NCBI GenBank assembly: GCA_017410375.1
Contig: JAFQQW010000051.1
Location: 12,524-76,523, forward strand
From: Clostridia bacterium
Lineage (GTDB): Bacteria > Bacillota > Clostridia > RGIG6154
Direction of reading: 5' to 3'
DNA length: 64,000 nucleotides
The notes beneath the pieces were generated by a model. That model searched no databases, had not been told where the DNA came from, and saw only the letters and a list, made by a program, of their open reading frames with translations. The position numbers and the translations under genes are program-made. Below are positions 37,045 to 46,992 of this stretch, piece by piece; positions within the stretch are counted from its first letter, which is position 1; each line of letters starts with the position of its first letter.

Positions 37045-38958
37045 ATGAGACTGATTTTAGCACAAATCGGCACAAACCAAACGGTTGCGCTTGCCGTAAA
37101 GGAAATTGTGCGTCTGATTAAAGCCATGGACAAAACAATCGCTTTGGATGTAAGACGCTACGATGAGAAAAAAGCAGACGTTAAAAATGCCTTATGGGTA
37201 GGTATTGACGGATCGGTAGAAAAAAGCAAAGACGACCATATCGTTATAAAGGTAAAAGATGCAGAGGGTATTATTACAGGTAGTAATGAAAGAAGTGTAC
37301 TTATCGCTGCATATCGTTTTATGACAGAGCTTGGTTGTCGCTTTTTGCGTCCCGGTCCTGCCGGAGAAAAAATTCCGGAACAGCCCCTTGATTATGCGGA
37401 TTTAACAGTAGATATTGACGAGTTGCCCAGCTACAGACACAGAGGTATTTGTATTGAAGGTTCTGTTGGTTATGAGCATGTGATAAACACCATTGAATGG
37501 TTGCCTAAAGTGGGCATGAACAGTTTCTATATTCAGTTTTTCACCCCCACAACCTTCTTTAAGCGCTATTACAGCAAATACTACGAAAACGAGCAGGATA
37601 AGGATTTTGGAAACAATCTCACCGATGCAGATATTGATGCAATGATGGAGCTTGTAAAAGATGAAATTCAGAAAAGAAGTCTGGTGCTACATGCAGTAGG
37701 ACACGGCTGGTCAAGTGCACCGTACGGCTTTGTTGCAACCGGCTGGGAAAAATATGAGGGTGAAATTGATGATAAAATGAGAGCAGCACTTGCTCTTTAC
37801 AAAGGCGAACGCAAGTTCTTCAACGATACGCCCATCAGCACCCAGCTTTGCTATTCCAATCCCGGTGTTATGGAGCATGTTACTGATTTCGCTGTAGAAT
37901 ACTGCAGAAAAAATCCACACATTCATTATCTTAGCTTTGGTATGGGTGACGGTGGCAGAAACCATTGTGAATGTGAAGAATGCATCAAAAAAACGCCTTC
38001 TGACCATTATGTGGATATGCTTAATTTGCTGGATATCAAGCTGGAAAAAGCGGGTCTTGATACAAAAATTGTATTTACCGTCTATGCAGACACCCTGTTT
38101 GCACCAAAACAGGAAAAACTGCGTGACAGCGGTCGTTTTTGTCTTAAATTTGCACCCATCGCCCGTTCTTTCTCGCAGTCTTATGACGAAATTGACCTTG
38201 ATAATCTGCCCGAAACCGCACCCTTTGTGTTAAATCAGGATATGGTGCGCAACACGGTAGAGCTGAATGTGGCATATCTTGAAAAATGGCAGAGAAATTA
38301 TAAAGGAGACGCATTTGTTTTTGATTATCACCTGATGTGGGACCACGATACCGACCCGGGTTATTATAATGTTTCAAAAATCATAAACCGAGATATGGCA
38401 GCCCTTGACAGAATCAAGCTCAACGGTATGTTAAGCTGTCAGTTACTCCGCTCGGCATTCCCGACAGGACTACCGACCTACACCATGGCAAAAACACTCT
38501 GGAACAAAAAATGCACCTTTGAAGAAATTAAAAACGATTATTTCACCACCGCCTTTGGCGAAGACGCAAAGCTGGTAGAAAACTATCTTTCTGAAATTTC
38601 AGACCTTGCCTGCCCACCCTTTGTGAGAGGCAACTTAAAGCTTTCTCCTGAAGAAGTGATTGAACGGTATACCAAGCTTAAAGAAGTCGTTATTGCATTC
38701 CGTGAAAAACATGCACAAAAAATGGCAGATGTATCTCCTGACTGGGAACATCTTTACATTCACACATTTATGATTCCGATATTTGCGGATGTGTATATGG
38801 CAAGATACAGCGGCGACGAAGATGCCGTGCAGGTTCATTCAGATGCGTTCCGTGCCTGCGTCCAAAAATATCAGCCTATGATTGACGATGTTTGCGACGA
38901 TTATCATATGAAATTTACCTTACTTAAAAAATATCTGGCACGGCATAAACCCGAATAA
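37045..38958 (+). CDS. DUF4838-like putative glycoside hydrolase, paralog A
   Basis: 637 aa. HRGICIEGSVGYEHV, LPKVGMNSFYIQF and a CECEECIKK motif. About 60% identical by eye to the product of 42201-44114, which has the same length. The family name is recalled from memory. Confidence 0.6.
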   Translation: MRLILAQIGTNQTVALAVKEIVRLIKAMDKTIALDVRRYDEKKADVKNALWVGIDGSVEKSKDDHIVIKVKDAEGIITGSNERSVLIAAYRFMTELGCRFLRPGPAGEKIPEQPLDYADLTVDIDELPSYRHRGICIEGSVGYEHVINTIEWLPKVGMNSFYIQFFTPTTFFKRYYSKYYENEQDKDFGNNLTDADIDAMMELVKDEIQKRSLVLHAVGHGWSSAPYGFVATGWEKYEGEIDDKMRAALALYKGERKFFNDTPISTQLCYSNPGVMEHVTDFAVEYCRKNPHIHYLSFGMGDGGRNHCECEECIKKTPSDHYVDMLNLLDIKLEKAGLDTKIVFTVYADTLFAPKQEKLRDSGRFCLKFAPIARSFSQSYDEIDLDNLPETAPFVLNQDMVRNTVELNVAYLEKWQRNYKGDAFVFDYHLMWDHDTDPGYYNVSKIINRDMAALDRIKLNGMLSCQLLRSAFPTGLPTYTMAKTLWNKKCTFEEIKNDYFTTAFGEDAKLVENYLSEISDLACPPFVRGNLKLSPEEVIERYTKLKEVVIAFREKHAQKMADVSPDWEHLYIHTFMIPIFADVYMARYSGDEDAVQVHSDAFRACVQKYQPMIDDVCDDYHMKFTLLKKYLARHKPE

Positions 38959-38965
38959 GCAAAAA

Positions 38966-38999
38966 GGAGCTGTAATTTTATTACAGCTCCCTTTTATTT
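38966..38999. terminator. Bidirectional rho-independent terminator
   Basis: GGAGCTGTAAttttaTTACAGCTCC, followed by CTTTTATTT on + and by TTTTTGC on -. It lies between the convergent genes ending at 38958 and 39026. Confidence 0.75.
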
Positions 39000-39025
39000 C
39001 GTCACCCATTCAAAAACATGGACAT

Positions 39026-40897
39026 TTATTTTTTATGCAGTTTTAAGAATGCACCGTCACATTTTGAAATGCAATCGGCATTGCCGTAAACGGTTTCGGA
39101 GATTTCCCAGCCATCCTTCATTATAATTTCAGGTTTTATGTCTTTATCCGAATAATTAAGCAGCGTTGCATAACATTCATTGTCGTTTATGGGATGAATG
39201 GTAACACCGATATTGCGGTCATCCACTCTGACAATTTTGTCTTTGAGGATATCTTTACCCACCTCCATATAAAGCTTGTAGTAAGGCATCGTATTATACA
39301 GGTCGGTCCCTTCAAAAGCAATGCGTTCAACGGGCATATTCAGGAAATATACCGTACCTTTTCCGTACTTATTTTTCAAAAATACGGGATTGTCATTGTC
39401 GTTTGTCAAAAGCACCTCTGCTGTGGTTGGTTCAAGAATAATTTCTTTGCAGGTATAAGGAACTTCTTCCCCATCTATGTCAACTTTTCTGCTTGCATTA
39501 TTTAAAAAGCCACAGGATTTTGCACCCACAAGTTCGGGAAAATCGGTAATCTGACCGCCATTAAATGACAGATACATGGTTGCACCCTTTTGCACACGGT
39601 CAAGTAAGGTCATCCAGGTTTTCTTGTAGAAATTTTTCCAACCGCCGATACAAGGAACAAAATAGATATCCCGTTCGGGTATATCGCCATTTTGCGTGTA
39701 TACAACATCCATCTCGATACCTGCCTGTTTCCCCAGTAAAATGGAAGATATTGCGGTGTGTTCTCTGTTTTGTTCAATGGAAAGTACGCAAACTGCATTC
39801 ACTTCTCTTTCAGGAAGACCATCGGGAAGCTTGTCTACAAGCTTAGACATTTCCTGCATGGTAAATGCTACAGGCTTCGGCGAAACATCCTGATTGAATA
39901 AGCCAAGCTCTCTTTCAATCATAGACCAGGAGTAAGGCGGAAAATCAAGATGCTTTTGTTCCCACGCACACCACCATTGATAGCCCTTTAAATTGTTTGC
40001 AAGGGCGGATAAAATCTGAATACGCATAAAGTCGGCACTCATATCCTGACTGCCTATGGTTTGCGAGAAAGTACCGCTTTCCTGTATGTAGGCAGGTTTG
40101 CCTGAAACCCCTGCATAGTATATGGTCTGTGCGGTGGGAAGACAGGTGGTGCGCATACGGTTGTAAGGCTCTACATCACCACATACAGTCAGCGACGGAT
40201 AAGGATGTGTACAAACCATGTCGTTCAGCTCGCCCTGGTGCTCAAGCAGCCAGAGATTATTTTTAGTAGAGGACCCCCACACGCCCGATTCTAAGCTGTG
40301 CATATCGCTGCAAACAGGTCTTGTGGTATCCTCACTGCGTATAGCATCTACAACAGCAGCAGTCCAGTTGTAGGATTTGTAAGCATTATCAGCAGGGCTT
40401 AGACAGTTACATTCATTGCCAAGTCCCCACATGACAATCGCCTTTTCGTTTTTCAATTCACGCACAAAGCGTTTGATAAAACGACGCATCCACATCAAAG
40501 CTTCCGGGTCGGTAATTAAGTTTTTATCATTAAGTACGGGCGGACAGTATATTTTGCCACTCATCCAGCCTGTGACAATCGCTACAACAAGCTCTATTCC
40601 GTTCTCTTCGGCAGCCTTGCAAAAATCGCGGAAATGTTCAATCATTTCCATATCCACACCGTCGTCATATACAGGCTCGCCTGTTTTGGCGTTTATATAT
40701 TCACCATGCAGACCGCACCATTCGCTTGCACGTTCAACCGGCTGAAAATCTCTCCAGTTAGGGAATACGCGCAGATTTTTCACACCGTATTCTGAAAGTA
40801 ACTTCATTTCCTCGCGGATTTTTTTACCGTCATAGTGCAGCCACATTTCGGTCCCCCAATCACGTCCCCAATAATTTGCGCCTAAAATAAATTTCAT
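39026..40897 (-). CDS. Clan GH-A TIM-barrel glycoside hydrolase (GH5/GH42-like) with a C-terminal extension
   Basis: Start at MKFILGANYWG (AGGAGG SD 8 nt upstream). LRVFPNWRDFQP and the acid/base block VMWGLGNECN are clan GH-A signatures. Confidence 0.65.
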   Translation of the reverse strand: MKFILGANYWGRDWGTEMWLHYDGKKIREEMKLLSEYGVKNLRVFPNWRDFQPVERASEWCGLHGEYINAKTGEPVYDDGVDMEMIEHFRDFCKAAEENGIELVVAIVTGWMSGKIYCPPVLNDKNLITDPEALMWMRRFIKRFVRELKNEKAIVMWGLGNECNCLSPADNAYKSYNWTAAVVDAIRSEDTTRPVCSDMHSLESGVWGSSTKNNLWLLEHQGELNDMVCTHPYPSLTVCGDVEPYNRMRTTCLPTAQTIYYAGVSGKPAYIQESGTFSQTIGSQDMSADFMRIQILSALANNLKGYQWWCAWEQKHLDFPPYSWSMIERELGLFNQDVSPKPVAFTMQEMSKLVDKLPDGLPEREVNAVCVLSIEQNREHTAISSILLGKQAGIEMDVVYTQNGDIPERDIYFVPCIGGWKNFYKKTWMTLLDRVQKGATMYLSFNGGQITDFPELVGAKSCGFLNNASRKVDIDGEEVPYTCKEIILEPTTAEVLLTNDNDNPVFLKNKYGKGTVYFLNMPVERIAFEGTDLYNTMPYYKLYMEVGKDILKDKIVRVDDRNIGVTIHPINDNECYATLLNYSDKDIKPEIIMKDGWEISETVYGNADCISKCDGAFLKLHKK

Positions 40898-41020
40898 ATA
40901 TTTACCTCCTTTGTTTGTTGACAAATTTCTTTTATAATGTTAAAATAACATAAATTTAGTTTTTTTGCATCATAAAACAAAACAAAATCTTCCCATTTAT
41001 TTACTTTTTAAGGAGAAAAT

Positions 41021-41785
41021 ATGAATACTATCTTTTACGAGGCGATAAAAGATTCTGCAGATGCCGTTTTTGCAGAAGAGCAAATAGCTTACAGCGGACG
41101 GTTACATTTTCATCGCGCTTTTGAAATTGCGTATATCATAGACGGCAGAGCCGAGTACACCATAGAGGATAAAACCTTTATAGCAGAAGCAGGCGATATT
41201 GTTTTTGCCCATTGTTATTACAGGCATACCAGCTCGGACAGAATACCGCACCGAAAACATGTCATCGCTGTACCTGAGCGCCTGACCCGTGATATCGCCA
41301 AGCTTTTTGAAAACAAAACACTGCCTATGTTGCTTTCGGATAAGGCATTTAACCTGACCTTGTTTCCGTGCTTTGATGCTTTGGTGAAAAACCACGGAAA
41401 AGCACTTAAAATCACAGAAAAAGGGTATGCAAGTGTAATTTTCGGGTCGGTTGCGTCCCACTACGATATGGAGGACATCAAAAGACCACTAAGAGCCGTA
41501 TCTCAGATTTCGGAAATTTTGCAATTTGTGGACGATAACTATACCGAACCGCTTTCACTGGAAAGTATTTCTGCGAATTTTGGTTATAACAAAACCTATT
41601 TTTCAAGAATGTTTAATCGGTATATCGGTATGTCGCTGACTGATTATATCAACATGGTTCGCTATGATAACTTTGAAAAACTACTTAAAAACAATCCTGA
41701 AAACAACATCACAAGCCTTGCCTTAGAGTGCGGTTTTTCTTCGCTCGCAACCTTTTACCGCGTGAGAAATGTGAGAAATAAATAA
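41021..41785 (+). CDS. AraC-family regulator
   Basis: Cupin-like N-terminus (HFHRAFEIAYIIDG) and C-terminal AraC HTH. Divergent from 39026-40897. Confidence 0.85.
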   Translation: MNTIFYEAIKDSADAVFAEEQIAYSGRLHFHRAFEIAYIIDGRAEYTIEDKTFIAEAGDIVFAHCYYRHTSSDRIPHRKHVIAVPERLTRDIAKLFENKTLPMLLSDKAFNLTLFPCFDALVKNHGKALKITEKGYASVIFGSVASHYDMEDIKRPLRAVSQISEILQFVDDNYTEPLSLESISANFGYNKTYFSRMFNRYIGMSLTDYINMVRYDNFEKLLKNNPENNITSLALECGFSSLATFYRVRNVRNK

Positions 41786-41918
41786 TAAAGTTCCCATGCT
41801 GTTGCTACCTTATATTATCACTTGTCTTTATGTTTGATACAAAGAGTCTGCGCACTTCGATTCTTAGCATTTTTTCTTTTTTTGTAATGAACATATCTCC
41901 ATAAATTTAAAGGTACAG

Positions 41919-42106
41919 CCCATAAGTTTCACGATTACTGTTAAACTTTCACGATTTGAATATAAAAAAATAACCGCCACCCAAAATTTAGCTCTCGGAT
42001 GGCGGTGTTTTTGTGTGTAAAATTATAACGAAAAGCCCGAAAAAGGCTTAAATAAAGGCAAAAATAAAAGGACAACAATTCTATCAAAACTGTTGTCCTT
42101 ATGTGG
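41919..42106 (+). repeat. Composite intergenic repeat, copy A (2 iteron-like units + two terminator hairpins)
   Basis: TTTCACGATT motifs at 41927 and 41947. Hairpin ACCGCCAcCC...GGaTGGCGGT + TTTTT (41973-42012). Hairpin AAGGACAACA...TGTTGTCCTT (42068-42100) has TTTTATTTTT on the minus strand. Roughly 85-90% identical by eye to copies B and C. Confidence 0.85.
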
Positions 42107-42200
42107 ATAAAGACCACAACTTTAATAGAAAGTTTCATCTTTGAACCACAAGGTTTCATTTTAAAGTCAATGATAAATTTCAATATGAAAATTAAAGAAA

Positions 42201-44114
42201 TTACAGATGGCGGTTTAAATACATTTCGAGTGTATTTCTACAGTAACTTGTTTCAGCGCAAACCATATCAATTATTTTTTCCGACTGTTTGACATAAGCA
42301 CGAAACTTTTCTTTCAAAGCAGGAACTTTTTCCTTTTCACCGCTGTATGCGGCAATGTATGCATCTGCAAGAATATCGGTAAGCATTGCATGGACAGCTA
42401 AATATTGCCATTCCTTTGACAAGTCCCGGTACCGTTTAATATATTTTTCGGAAAAATCCTTTATAACAGCTTTAACTTTTTTGCAACGTCCTACATATTC
42501 TTCTTTCTCAAAAAGATGAACCTGACCGCGAATAAAATTCGGACAGAAAAGCGCAGAAATTTCCGCAAGATATTGCGAAACCGCATCTGCATTATCCTGA
42601 AAAGCGGCTGTAAAATATTCATTCTTGACATCTTCAAAGCTTTTGCTCTTATTCCACAAAGCCGATGCCATACAATATTGGGGCAAGCCTGTCGGAAAAG
42701 CAGAACGAAGCAGTTGACAACTTACCATACCGTCAAGATTCAATTTTTCCAATGCAACCATATCTCTGTGCATAAGTTCTGCCACGTTATAGTATCCCGG
42801 ATCTGCGTGGTGGTCCCACATCAGATGATAATCAAAATCAAAAGCTTCGCCATTGTAGTGCTTTTGCCACTCTTTCAAATACGAAATGTTTATAGCGGTG
42901 CCGCATCTGTTAAACTCTTTGTTGCGTATATAAGGCGGAATTTTCGGCAAATTATCCAAATCAATTTCATCATAAAATTCAGAATACCAACGATTAATCG
43001 GTGCAAACATAAGCGTAAATCTGTCGGGATTTTTAAATTTTTCCTTTTCAGGTGCAAACAACAAATCCACATATATCAGAAAAACAATTTTGGTATCAAT
43101 GCCTGCTAAGCTCAGCTTTTCATCCAGCATATTGAGCATATCCACATAATAGTCAGAGGGTCTTTTTTCAGCACATTTCTCACACTCACACTGATTAAGC
43201 GCCTCGTCTGCCAGCCAGAAATGCAAATAATCTACCGCTGGATGATTTTTACAGTACTCTACCACAGCATCCGTCATTTTATTTTGCACATATGGGTTGG
43301 AATAGCAAAGATTTGTGTTTTTCGGCACTCCGCCGAAAAATTCTCTTTTTCCATTTCTCAACGCAAGAATGTTTTTAACACTTTCATCTATCTCGCCCTC
43401 AAATTTCTCCCAGCCTGAATCATCAATGCCGAAAGGTGCACAATTCCATCCGTGTCCTACCGCATGATAAACAAGACCTCTTGTTTCTATTTCGCACAAA
43501 AGCGAGTCAATCATCGCATCAATGTCCCGGTTTGGAATTTCATTGCCGAAGTCACGGTCTTTGCTATCTTTATAAAACTTTTCATAATACTTTCGGAAGA
43601 AAATGCCGGGAGTGGAAAACTGTGTGAAGAAAGCACTCATTCCCACTTTAGGAAGCCAGTCAATGGTATTAAAAACATGCTCATACCCAACCGCTCCTTC
43701 AATACAAATACCTCTGTGATTATAGCTTGGTGTTTCTTGTACGTCTGCTGAAACATCTGCATAATCAAGTGTCCGTTTTGGAATTTTTTCACCGTCTGTG
43801 CCGGGATAAAGATATCTGCATCCCATCTCGTACATAAACCGATATGCCGCAATAAGAACACTTCGTTCATTTGCACCGGTTATTATACCTGCACCATTTT
43901 TGACTCTGATAAAAATGCCGTCTTTCTTTTGGTCATATTTCATAGAGCCGTCAAGCCCTACCCAAAGTGCATTTTTAACCGATTCATTCTTTTCGGGATA
44001 TTTTCTGACATCCAAAACAAGCGAGTTGTCCATTGTTTTAATCAGACGCATAATTTCTTTTACGGCAAATCTTATCGTTTGGTTATCCCCGATTTGTGCC
44101 AATATCAATCGCAT
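42201..44114 (-). CDS. DUF4838-like putative glycoside hydrolase, paralog B
   Basis: 637 aa. It starts MRLILAQIGDNQT (paralog A: MRLILAQIGTNQT) and has HRGICIEGAVGYEHV and a CECEKCAEK motif. GGAGGA SD. Confidence 0.6.
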   Translation of the reverse strand: MRLILAQIGDNQTIRFAVKEIMRLIKTMDNSLVLDVRKYPEKNESVKNALWVGLDGSMKYDQKKDGIFIRVKNGAGIITGANERSVLIAAYRFMYEMGCRYLYPGTDGEKIPKRTLDYADVSADVQETPSYNHRGICIEGAVGYEHVFNTIDWLPKVGMSAFFTQFSTPGIFFRKYYEKFYKDSKDRDFGNEIPNRDIDAMIDSLLCEIETRGLVYHAVGHGWNCAPFGIDDSGWEKFEGEIDESVKNILALRNGKREFFGGVPKNTNLCYSNPYVQNKMTDAVVEYCKNHPAVDYLHFWLADEALNQCECEKCAEKRPSDYYVDMLNMLDEKLSLAGIDTKIVFLIYVDLLFAPEKEKFKNPDRFTLMFAPINRWYSEFYDEIDLDNLPKIPPYIRNKEFNRCGTAINISYLKEWQKHYNGEAFDFDYHLMWDHHADPGYYNVAELMHRDMVALEKLNLDGMVSCQLLRSAFPTGLPQYCMASALWNKSKSFEDVKNEYFTAAFQDNADAVSQYLAEISALFCPNFIRGQVHLFEKEEYVGRCKKVKAVIKDFSEKYIKRYRDLSKEWQYLAVHAMLTDILADAYIAAYSGEKEKVPALKEKFRAYVKQSEKIIDMVCAETSYCRNTLEMYLNRHL

Positions 44115-44130
44115 ATCTATTCCTCCACTA

Positions 44131-44436
44131 TTAAGACTTAAATATATATAATGCCGTTTCGTAAGCTTTTAATTGTAACGAAACCTCTCTTCCCGTTCCG
44201 CTTTCTGAAGTGCCTGCTTTTTTCCAGGCTTTTTCTTCGCCGAAATCCAAAGTTCCCGAAAACCCTTTATCATTTGCAATCACGGCAAGAAAACGGTTGT
44301 CGCCATATAAGATGTACTCTGCATCACAGTAAATATGACACCCTGCTTCTGCTGCAATTTCTTTCAAATCGGCAACAGAAAGAAACGGAATGGTATTCAT
44401 AATAATTGTTCTGTCTTTTTCTTTTCTTTGTGCCAA
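44131..44436 (-). CDS. Small hypothetical protein (about 90-101 aa)
   Basis: The ORF fills the 16-nt/8-nt gaps between two operon genes. The start is uncertain (TTG 44436 or ATG 44400; neither has a well-spaced SD). No family recognised. Confidence 0.4.
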   Translation of the reverse strand: MAQRKEKDRTIIMNTIPFLSVADLKEIAAEAGCHIYCDAEYILYGDNRFLAVIANDKGFSGTLDFGEEKAWKKAGTSESGTGREVSLQLKAYETALYIFKS

Positions 44437-44444
44437 TGTCCCCT

Positions 44445-45917
44445 TTACAAACTTTTGGTAGATACAAGATACATCATATTCCGAAGGTCATTTATAAGCC
44501 AAATCCATCTGCCTTTTACCTCCTTGGGAGTGTGGCTTAACGAGCGCAGAATTTCATCTGCCTGATTAAAATATTCCTCCAACAATGCCATTTTTCGGCT
44601 TTCATCATAAGTAAGTGCCTTTTCTCTGAAATTCGGGTCATCTGTCAGTTTTTCAAGCGGCTGACGGGAAAGGGGCATAGCCTTCACCCGTTCACCCAAC
44701 ATAAGCATACGACCCTTGATATACAAATTTCGCCAGCACAAAGCCATTCCCGTACCACCATACAACGGATCAAGGGTTCCGGCATAAAATTTGTCTATGG
44801 ACAAATTAAGATTTACTTTTCCCAATCCGCAAGCCTCTTCAAATGCCAGATAATTTGCTTCGTTGGGCGGTGCAAGAAAAGATTCTTCCCCGAATATGCT
44901 TACACCGTTTACATTGTGTTTTCTTGCTTCTGTAACCAACTGCCATATAAGCTCCACACCCCAATCGGCAGACCCGAGTATAGAATACTGACTGCCTGCG
45001 TGTACACGCAAAATGTTATCGGCTTTTGGGGTATAAATATTCTCCGTCCAACAATCTGTTGCATAATCGCCGATTGCTCTGTCGCCTGCCCACTGCAAAA
45101 TGGCATCATCCGGCAAGGCAGACAACAGTTTTCGATCTTCATCGGGCATCGATTGCCAGTTGCCGTCAACATATCCACCTTTAGGATAAGCAAATCCCGA
45201 ATAGGTTTCGCAAATCACCCACGCATCCGCCTTTTTCTTTTTGGATACATCAACTGCAACACGATAAGTATTTATCATATCCTCTACAGAATAATCCCGT
45301 TTTACATTTCTGTTTTTTCTGCGCTCTTCACAAAGCGGACAATGACAAACGCTGTAGTCACCCACTTCTACCTGAATACCGTCAACATCAATCTCATCAT
45401 AGAGCCACCCCAATGCCTCTTTAAACCATTCTAAATTTTCAGGTCTTGAAGGACACGCGAGAATGTTCATAGGCCCGAAAGGATAAGGATTTCCATTTTC
45501 ATCCACAGATTTATATTCCGGATGTTCCGTCAGCCATGTATTTAAAGAATATGGATGCGAACCAAATTTTCTGTCAATTCCGAGTGAAGCTTCTTCGGAA
45601 GGATCATAAAAAACACCTCCATAACTGAACGCACTTACCCCCGGCATAATTCTGACATTCTTTTTTCTGCCGTATTTTACAAGCTCCTTTAATTGGTTCA
45701 AACCGTCATTATGTGCGCGGAGTGCACCCCAGATCACAATTCCGTTGAAATGATGCGCACTTGCATAGTCCACCATTCGTTTGTAATCGCTTAAAAACGC
45801 CTCTCTTCTGAAATTTTTACCTGAGCAACCCATAATCTTGCTTTCAACAGATATATCCCAGTTCGAGCCTAAGTCCCATGTCCAAAGCACACGATATTTT
45901 GGTGTATTCACATTCAT
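44445..45917 (-). CDS. Putative glycoside-hydrolase-like TIM-barrel protein (family unassigned)
   Basis: 490 aa with an alternating beta/alpha pattern and a CHCPLCEERRKN motif, as in the other CxCxxC proteins of this locus. AGGAGGA abuts ATG 45917, so GTG 45911 may be the real start. Confidence 0.55.
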   Translation of the reverse strand: MNVNTPKYRVLWTWDLGSNWDISVESKIMGCSGKNFRREAFLSDYKRMVDYASAHHFNGIVIWGALRAHNDGLNQLKELVKYGRKKNVRIMPGVSAFSYGGVFYDPSEEASLGIDRKFGSHPYSLNTWLTEHPEYKSVDENGNPYPFGPMNILACPSRPENLEWFKEALGWLYDEIDVDGIQVEVGDYSVCHCPLCEERRKNRNVKRDYSVEDMINTYRVAVDVSKKKKADAWVICETYSGFAYPKGGYVDGNWQSMPDEDRKLLSALPDDAILQWAGDRAIGDYATDCWTENIYTPKADNILRVHAGSQYSILGSADWGVELIWQLVTEARKHNVNGVSIFGEESFLAPPNEANYLAFEEACGLGKVNLNLSIDKFYAGTLDPLYGGTGMALCWRNLYIKGRMLMLGERVKAMPLSRQPLEKLTDDPNFREKALTYDESRKMALLEEYFNQADEILRSLSHTPKEVKGRWIWLINDLRNMMYLVSTKSL

Positions 45918-46016
45918 TCCTCCTACAACAACACTTTTACGAGCAGCATTTTTATTTTATTATATTTACATTTCCATCTTAGTTCCTTGATAATTTTGAT
46001 TTATTGTAGCACAATT

Positions 46017-46069
46017 TTGACTTTTCTTTTTCTGTTTCCGTTGACTTTTCTTTTTGGATATTATATAAT
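46017..46069 (+). promoter_or_regulatory. Consensus promoter of the AraC gene, with a 15-bp direct repeat
   Basis: TTGACT (46041-46046), 17 nt, TATAAT (46064-46069). TTGACTTTTCTTTTT occurs twice (46017-46031 and 46041-46055). Confidence 0.55.
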
Positions 46070-46111
46070 AGCATCAACAAAGTATTCACCACTACATGAC
46101 AGGAGTTAAAC

Positions 46112-46942
46112 ATGAATCCTTTAACGCAATACGAAAAAAGTAATTTCCAAAAACAAAATTCCCCAATCCTTTTTAGTATTTGGCAAGAAAGAGGTTATTT
46201 CAGTGCGCATTGGCATGAACACACCGAAATTCTTTTTTTTAAGACTAACGGCTATAAAGTCACTGTAAACGGAACTACCTACGAAACCCAAAAAGGCGAT
46301 ATGCTGCTCATTAACGGCTATGAGCCTCATTCCTCGGTACGCCTGGAGGATGAAACCATTTTTTACGTACTCCGAATCAATACTTCCTTTTTAGCTGATG
46401 CCTCCTTTCAGAATTATTCCTTTCCCACACGCATACAAGGTGATCACGTCATTCGGGACTATTTTGACAAGTTGTGCGAGGAAAGCACACTGCAAGAGCC
46501 CGGGTATGAACTGGAATTAAAAGGAATCACTTACAGGCTTTTGTGCCACTTACTCAGAAACTATAAATCAGGGCAATTATCCCCAGAAGAGATTTCCCTG
46601 AAACAAAATAAATTGCGGAAAATTAACAGCATTTTAGAGTACATCGCCGCCCACTATTCCAATCCGCTTACCACCGCCGATCTGGCAAAGCAGTTTCATT
46701 TGAATGAGCAGTATTTTTGCCGCTATTTTAAAAAGGAAACGGGTCAGTCGGTCACCGGCTACATCAATCAGTATCGCTCGGAAATAGCCGCATCATTTTT
46801 AAAGGAATCCGATTACAGCATTACCGAAATTGCACTATTGGTCGGTTTTACCGATTCCAACTATTTCGCCAGAATTTTCAAAAAATATACCGGAGTTTCC
46901 CCGAGAGAGTATAAAAAAACACTTGGCATTCATTTAATTTAA
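46112..46942 (+). CDS. AraC-family regulator
   Basis: Cupin-like N-terminus (HWHEHTEILFFKTNG) and C-terminal AraC HTH (NYFARIFKKYTGVSPREY). Confidence 0.85.
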   Translation: MNPLTQYEKSNFQKQNSPILFSIWQERGYFSAHWHEHTEILFFKTNGYKVTVNGTTYETQKGDMLLINGYEPHSSVRLEDETIFYVLRINTSFLADASFQNYSFPTRIQGDHVIRDYFDKLCEESTLQEPGYELELKGITYRLLCHLLRNYKSGQLSPEEISLKQNKLRKINSILEYIAAHYSNPLTTADLAKQFHLNEQYFCRYFKKETGQSVTGYINQYRSEIAASFLKESDYSITEIALLVGFTDSNYFARIFKKYTGVSPREYKKTLGIHLI

Positions 46943-46992
46943 AATCGGTCATTTATTAATAGCGACAGCACATAAAAAGCATCTACCTACTC

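Noticed and set aside
41941-42292. 80-aa and 63-aa ORFs inside and next to composite repeat copy A
   Set aside because: They are encoded by the AT-rich repeat/terminator sequence itself. The equivalent ORFs are not conserved in copies B and C.
37045-44114. Homologous-recombination-driven inversion between the two DUF4838-like paralogs
   Set aside because: Nucleotide identity between the inverted genes is only moderate where I aligned them (the first ~80 nt), and I saw no long identical tracts. Frequent inversion is therefore unlikely.
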